This document shows, piece by piece, positions 1-3,843 of a stretch of 3,843 bases of DNA (position 1 is its first letter; every line of letters begins with the position of its first letter). The stretch is from Candidatus Babeliales bacterium. GTDB lineage: Bacteria > Babelota > Babeliae > Babelales > Vermiphilaceae. The stretch spans positions 1-3,843 of the forward strand of contig JBIOKB010000065.1 of the NCBI GenBank assembly GCA_044451405.1, read 5' to 3'. The notes below the pieces were generated by a model. That model made no database searches. It was given only the letters and a program-made list of their open reading frames with translations, and was not told the origin of the DNA. The translations under genes and the position numbers were made by a program.

Positions 1-58
1 GATATATATATGAATAAGATACGGGAGTGGAGAGCGCAATACAAAAAGGAGCTTAAAT

Positions 59-256
59 ATGACAAAATCTGCTATTAAATTTTCTCGTGATAAAAAAGGG
101 AACAAAGCGCGGGTGGTAATGCCTATCAAACAATTTGAAAAGCTTATGGATGAATTGGAAGAACTTAAGGATTTAGCTGATGTTTACGAGATAAAAAGTA
201 AAAATTTTAAGTCAATTCCCTACGAAAAAGTAAGAAAAAAGATTTTTAGCAAATGA
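59..256 (+). CDS. Putative type II antitoxin (RelB-like / Phd-YefM-related), 65 aa
   Basis: AGGAG RBS at 47-51, 7 nt before the ATG. The stop overlaps the toxin start (ATGA, 253-256). The pattern F-x2-D-x2-G-x4-V-x2-P-x-K-x-F-E-x-L-x2-E-L-E-E-L-x-D followed by a C-terminal 'IPYEKVRKKI' helix resembles small antitoxins found upstream of relE genes. Confidence 0.8.
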   Translation: MTKSAIKFSRDKKGNKARVVMPIKQFEKLMDELEELKDLADVYEIKSKNFKSIPYEKVRKKIFSK

Positions 257-534
257 AGCAAAGAAAAAGTTTCGAGGGTTATGCATTGGAGTTAGCACCT
301 TCTGCTGAAAAACAACTAAAAAAGTTGGAAACGAGTGTTGCCAAAGCTATTGATGAAAAACTAGAAGACTTGATTGAAGGGGTGCCTAATCTTGACATTA
401 GGAAGATGGAAGGTGCAGATGATACGTACAGATTACGCTGTGGTGATTACCGCGTGATTTTTGAAGTAAAAAAACATATCGTGACAATTTTGGTAATTAA
501 AATTGCTCATCGCAAAGAAGTATATAGAGATTAA
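253..534 (+). CDS. relE: Type II toxin-antitoxin RelE/ParE family toxin (RelE-type mRNA interferase), 93 aa
   Basis: RelE-family motifs: N-terminal 'Y-x-L-x-L-x3-A-x-K-x-L-K-K-L', 'RKMEG', 'YRLRCGDYRVIF' and C-terminal 'IAHRKEVY'. Typical size, translationally coupled to the upstream small ORF. Confidence 0.93.
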   Translation: MKQRKSFEGYALELAPSAEKQLKKLETSVAKAIDEKLEDLIEGVPNLDIRKMEGADDTYRLRCGDYRVIFEVKKHIVTILVIKIAHRKEVYRD

Positions 535-535
535 T

Positions 536-727
536 ATGGCTAAGAAAAAAAAATACCCTAAGATTAATCCTTCTTTTATTGAAGACCACAATGGAAAGAT
601 AGTTGAAGTGAGTTTTCCCTATAAAGTTTATGAATCTATTTTTGAAGAAATGGATGAATTAAAGGATAAAATATCTACGTTAAAGAAAAAAACAGTAAAG
701 AAGAAAACTGCAAAAAAGAGTATGTAA
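536..727 (+). CDS. Small basic protein, paralogue of the 59-256 antitoxin with a Lys-rich C-terminus, 63 aa
   Basis: ATG at 536 lies 1 nt after the relE stop (TAA-T-ATG), consistent with translational coupling, and is preferred over the 503 start in the ORF track. Residues 14-44 align without gaps to residues 8-38 of the antitoxin (12/31 identical). It ends just upstream of the terminator. Confidence 0.75.
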   Translation: MAKKKKYPKINPSFIEDHNGKIVEVSFPYKVYESIFEEMDELKDKISTLKKKTVKKKTAKKSM

Positions 728-733
728 GATAAT

Positions 734-767
734 AGAGCCCTTGAGAGTTAATTCTCAAGGGCTTTTT
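734..767 (+). terminator. Rho-independent terminator of the TA operon
   Basis: Perfect 11-bp stem AGCCCTTGAGA (736-746) / TCTCAAGGGCT (753-763), 6-nt loop GTTAAT, T-run at 763-767, starting a few nt after the stop at 727. Confidence 0.88.
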
Positions 768-781
768 GCTGCGCAAATATG

Positions 782-796
782 TGGTACACTTATACT
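782..796 (+). promoter_or_regulatory. Candidate sigma70-type extended -10 element for the 839 gene
   Basis: TG-G-TACACT (782-790) immediately followed by TATACT (791-796), located between the terminator and the RBS. No well-spaced -35 is evident. Confidence 0.4.
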
Positions 797-838
797 ATAC
801 GGGTTCAAAAATAATTAATTTCAACAGAAAGGACCACG

Positions 839-1261
839 ATGATTTCTAGAATTTTCTGTGCAGTACTCTGTTTATTAACAGTATATGTATATGGATCAGA
901 GATAGGGCGTATAGAATTTGAAATGCATCCTGATAAGACATGTTATATAAATCATCTTTCTGCGAGAAAGAAGTGCTATGCTTATAGAACTCAGGCTACT
1001 GAATATAGAGGCGGGATGGTAGATAAAGTTGCGCAGGATTGCGAGCGAGTATCAGCAGAGAAAGCTAAAGAGTGGTACCATCAATTTGAGAGGGAATATA
1101 AAATTCAAGGAGACACGAACATTTTTGTTTTAGAAGAGAAAGAACGTAAAAAAATAGAGCTGCTAACAAGCGAATCTGTGGGTTTAGCTGTGGTGGCTAT
1201 GGTTGCAGCAGGCATTTTGTTTGACCAATCTGTGAATTTTTCGTCTATGTTCTCATTGTGA
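839..1261 (+). CDS. Hypothetical exported/membrane-anchored protein, 140 aa
   Basis: AAAGGA RBS at 828-833. Signal-peptide-like N-terminus (MISRIFCAVLCLLTVYVYG|SE), hydrophilic middle and a C-terminal hydrophobic segment (VGLAVVAMVAAGILF). No family recognised. Confidence 0.7.
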   Translation: MISRIFCAVLCLLTVYVYGSEIGRIEFEMHPDKTCYINHLSARKKCYAYRTQATEYRGGMVDKVAQDCERVSAEKAKEWYHQFEREYKIQGDTNIFVLEEKERKKIELLTSESVGLAVVAMVAAGILFDQSVNFSSMFSL

Positions 1262-1262
1262 G

Positions 1263-3497
1263 TTAGTTAAAGTATTCTTCAGATTTTTCTTTGGTTTCTC
1301 GTGCAGGGTGTTCAAGCTTAACGCTCTGCTTATGCTCTTCAAATCCAAATTTGATAATCAAATCAATAAAATCCATAGGCTTAATGCCAATTTCAGCAGC
1401 TTGATGGAAAATGCACGTAGCTGGTGTCATGCCAGGCAACGTATTAACTTCAATAATAACAACCCGCTCAGCGCCAGTAGGGCTTTGCGCTGCTGATTGA
1501 TAAAAACAATCAATGCGCGCGTAGCCGCGACAGCCAAGAAACTCGTACGCCCGTTCCATAGTGCGTTGTACAAGCGTGAGTGTCTGCTCTGGTAATGGTG
1601 CTGGTGTCTGATTTTCACCAGCGCCCGGTAAAAATTTTTCTTCGATAGAAAGAATATCTGAAGCTGTTACGGTTTGACTTGGTGGTAACGCCTGAGGTTT
1701 TTCGTTACCAATGACGCCTACGGTAAGTTCCATGCCAACAATACATTCTTCAACGAGTGCATGGTTTTTACCATGAGCAAAGATAGTTTCAATATGGGTG
1801 ACAAGATCAGTAGTGTTGTTGGCTTTTGCAACCATGACGCTGCAGCCATCATCATGAGGTTTAATAATTGCAGGTAACCCAATAGTTGTTGTTATCGTTT
1901 CAAGTAAAGCTTCTTTATTGGTGAGCCATTCGTGGTGCGCAATCAGCAGGCCGCGCGGGACATCAATGCCCTTGCTGTGTAAAAATTGGGTAGTTTTGTA
2001 TTTATCCATGCATAATGAGCTGGCGAGTATGCCTGAACCATTATACGGTACCCCCAACATTTCAAGAGCACCTTGGACGCTGCCATTTTCACCAGCACCG
2101 CCATGAAGCCCAATAAACACAAAGTCAGCAATATTTGGGAGATCATTCCAGGCAACGTAAGAACTTTTATCAACCATACTTTCTATTTCTTTAGTTGAAT
2201 TGCGGACTAATAATGATTGATTAAGTTTGTAAAGCTCCATAGAGCTGCTTACAAACAGGGGAATAACCGTGTATTTGTGAGGAGAAAGTTTAAAGGTAAT
2301 ATTTCTTCCTGATTCCAATGATATTTCTCGCTCATTAGAATTGCCGCCCATTAATACGGCTACGCGTGTTTTATGTGTTTCCATGGAGGTCTGTTTTTCC
2401 TGGGTAGAGAACGTTGCAGTATCAAGCATGCCGTAGGCATGAAGTTCTGTTTCAATAAGATGATTTATAAGTTGTGTATGGCCCATGTTAATTTCAGCTG
2501 CTTCACGGAATAAAAAACTTGCAGGTCCCATGCCCGATAAGGTGTTTGGGTCAACAATAACAATCCGATTATCTTCTGTTACAAAGCCATCAATACGTGA
2601 AATGTTGGTGATACCAAGTGCATGCGTAGTTTGTATGCATACATCATGAATGCGTTGTATGGTGCGTGTATCACATCGAGCGGGAGTAAATTTCTGAGCG
2701 CGGCCGGGCATATATTTTTGTTCATAATCATAAAAATGGCTTTCTGGCTCAGGAACAATTTCTGTTGGTGGTAACGGTACTAATACTCCGCTATTGTAAT
2801 CAGTAATGGTAATGCATGAAAATTCCATACCACTAACTTTTTCTTCAATAAGAACTGATTGTGCTTTATGAGGATCAACAAAACAGGCACGCTTAAGTGC
2901 TTCATGAAGATCGTTAGTATCAAATACAACGGTGATTCCCAAACTGGAACCTTCTTGATGTGGTTTTACTACGTAGGGCAGGGGTATGCGTTCAGCGGCT
3001 AGCTGTTGTTCAATGCTGTGTTGGTAGATGTCAAAATCACGTACTTGATCAGGGGTTACCGTGATACTTGCAGGAACATCTATGCCATTATGCTTAAGAA
3101 ATTCTTTTTGCACCGCTTTATCCATGCACAGGGCGCTGGAAAAAACTTTAGACCCTAAATACGGAACACCAAGTATTTCTAAAAATCCTTGCACCGTACC
3201 ATCTTCTGCATATTTACCATGTACGGCAAGATACATAAAATCAATAAGCTCAGGTATATCATCCCAGGTAATGTGACGTGCTTGGGTAGCAAGGCGATGT
3301 TCAAAGTCAGCTATTTTTCCTCGATGCAAAAAGTGCCATGGCAATATATATAAGGTTCCAGCTGCGGTTTGAAAAATAGGAATGATGTCATAGCGAGCAG
3401 TATCTAAATGATCACAGACGGTGCGCCCTGAATTAAAAGAGACTTCCCGTTCAATTGATTTACCGCCCATTAAAACGCCGACACGAATTTTATTCAT
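1263..3497 (-). CDS. ddl: D-alanine--D-alanine ligase family ATP-grasp protein with two complete Ddl modules in tandem, 744 aa
   Basis: All Ddl signatures occur twice: GGxSxERE[V/I]S, HGxxxE[D/N]GxVQGxLExLGVPYxGS...CMDK, KPxxxG[S/C]S, EE...GME, omega loop (FYDYEQKY / ILSIEEKF), RID, [D/E]xNTLxGM. Module 2 begins at about M372 (2382-2384). A possible RBS AGGT lies on the minus strand at 3504-3507. Confidence 0.95.
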   Translation of the reverse strand: MNKIRVGVLMGGKSIEREVSFNSGRTVCDHLDTARYDIIPIFQTAAGTLYILPWHFLHRGKIADFEHRLATQARHITWDDIPELIDFMYLAVHGKYAEDGTVQGFLEILGVPYLGSKVFSSALCMDKAVQKEFLKHNGIDVPASITVTPDQVRDFDIYQHSIEQQLAAERIPLPYVVKPHQEGSSLGITVVFDTNDLHEALKRACFVDPHKAQSVLIEEKVSGMEFSCITITDYNSGVLVPLPPTEIVPEPESHFYDYEQKYMPGRAQKFTPARCDTRTIQRIHDVCIQTTHALGITNISRIDGFVTEDNRIVIVDPNTLSGMGPASFLFREAAEINMGHTQLINHLIETELHAYGMLDTATFSTQEKQTSMETHKTRVAVLMGGNSNEREISLESGRNITFKLSPHKYTVIPLFVSSSMELYKLNQSLLVRNSTKEIESMVDKSSYVAWNDLPNIADFVFIGLHGGAGENGSVQGALEMLGVPYNGSGILASSLCMDKYKTTQFLHSKGIDVPRGLLIAHHEWLTNKEALLETITTTIGLPAIIKPHDDGCSVMVAKANNTTDLVTHIETIFAHGKNHALVEECIVGMELTVGVIGNEKPQALPPSQTVTASDILSIEEKFLPGAGENQTPAPLPEQTLTLVQRTMERAYEFLGCRGYARIDCFYQSAAQSPTGAERVVIIEVNTLPGMTPATCIFHQAAEIGIKPMDFIDLIIKFGFEEHKQSVKLEHPARETKEKSEEYFN

Positions 3498-3590
3498 ATG
3501 CCAACCTGTTAGATCTATTAAAAAGTAATGCTTTGCTTAGGTTAATAGTTTATAGAGTGATGTAAAGAAAAAGACTATTCGTGTGTAATG

Positions 3591-3723
3591 TAAAAAACTG
3601 ATGCGCTAGTTATTTAGATGTTTTTATTTTCATGTAGCATAAAAAGATTGAAAATGCTTATAAGAAAAGCTTTAACAACATTAAAAAACTGATACACTCA
3701 AGTTTTTATTGGGGTAAAAAACT
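3591..3723. repeat. Repeated TAAAAAACT(GAT) motif forming imperfect palindromes in the divergent intergenic region
   Basis: TAAAAAACTGAT at 3591-3602 and 3682-3693, and TAAAAAACT at 3715-3723. Reverse-complement arms are AGTTATTTA (3608-3616) and AGTTTTTA (3701-3708). Confidence 0.5.
3671..3698 (+). promoter_or_regulatory. Candidate sigma70-type promoter for the 3753 gene
   Basis: TG-A-TACACT extended -10 (3690-3698) with -35-like TTTAAC/TTAACA at 3671-3677 (15-16 nt spacer). Confidence 0.4.
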
Positions 3724-3752
3724 ATAACAGATATATCAACATGAGGATACAC

Positions 3753-3843
3753 ATGAATATCTATAGATATATGCAATGCGCAGTAGTATGTTTGGGAATG
3801 CAGAGTTATGTAGGTGCTACGGAAATGGTGCGAGCTTCTAAAC
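3753..3843 (+). CDS. 5' end of a hypothetical exported protein (truncated by the window)
   Basis: GAGGA RBS at 3743-3747. The frame is open from ATG 3753 to the window end: MNIYRYMQCAVVCLGMQSYVGATEMVRASK, resembling a signal peptide. An in-frame upstream ATG exists at 3741. It is divergent from ddl and absent from the ORF track because it is short and partial. Confidence 0.6.
   Translation, partial: MNIYRYMQCAVVCLGMQSYVGATEMVRASK

Noticed and set aside
10..24. Frame +1 peptide MNKIR identical to the Ddl N-terminus MNKIR
   Set aside because: Five common residues with different codons and no further similarity; coincidence.
503..535. Longer start for the third ORF (74 aa) given in the ORF track
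   Set aside because: It is a non-ATG start buried in relE with no RBS. ATG 536 directly follows the relE stop and better matches the length of the paralogous antitoxin.
545..553. A9 homopolymer at the start of the third TA gene as a phase-variation or frameshift site
   Set aside because: Explained by Lys codons in an A-rich gene. The frame is intact and there is no evidence of slippage.
146..660. 11-nt direct repeat ATGGATGAATT at 146-156 and 650-660
   Set aside because: It encodes MDEL in both paralogues but is three codons out of register with the protein alignment, so it is not a target-site duplication or a separate element.
1308..1496. 62-aa + strand ORF
   Set aside because: Antisense shadow within the conserved ddl coding region, with no RBS or recognisable motif.
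1427..1618. 63-aa - strand alternative-frame ORF
   Set aside because: Out of frame inside ddl catalytic motifs, with no independent support.
1918..2106. 62-aa + strand ORF
   Set aside because: Antisense to ddl module 2. Its resemblance to ORF 3061-3276 (GTSMPL, YGTP) only mirrors the ddl internal duplication.
1943..2173. 76-aa - strand alternative-frame ORF
   Set aside because: Nested out of frame within ddl, with no supporting signals.
3061..3276. 71-aa + strand ORF
   Set aside because: Antisense shadow of ddl module 1.
1263..3497. Acquired van-type glycopeptide resistance cluster or chlamydial MurC-Ddl fusion
   Set aside because: No vanH/vanX/vanRS neighbours are present in the window, and the N-terminal half is a Ddl module, not a Mur ligase.
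1..3843. CRISPR array, tRNA/rRNA, IS element or integron attC site
   Set aside because: No regularly spaced repeats, cloverleaf, transposase or terminal inverted repeats were seen. The 736-763 hairpin is adequately explained as a terminator.

Overview
AT-rich bacterial genomic window with two main elements. (1) A compact + strand operon (59-727), closed by a strong intrinsic terminator, in which an intact RelE/ParE-superfamily toxin is flanked by two small genes. Both share the same antitoxin-type N-terminal module (12/31 ungapped identities), but the downstream copy replaces the putative toxin-binding tail with a Lys-rich tail, suggesting a three-gene antitoxin-toxin-'antitoxin paralogue' system. 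(2) A 744-aa minus-strand gene made of two complete D-Ala-D-Ala ligase (Ddl) modules in tandem with asymmetric active sites. Module 1 keeps the dipeptide-specificity Ser/Tyr but has Asp at the metal-binding Glu. Module 2 keeps the Glu but has Phe and Cys at the positions that confer D-Ala-D-Lac activity in other ligases. The ddl gene is flanked by two + strand genes for probable exported proteins that share a CAV[L/V]CL leader and a TGnTACACT promoter-like motif. The divergent intergenic region carries repeated operator-like palindromes. No database searches were run; family calls rest on motif recognition.
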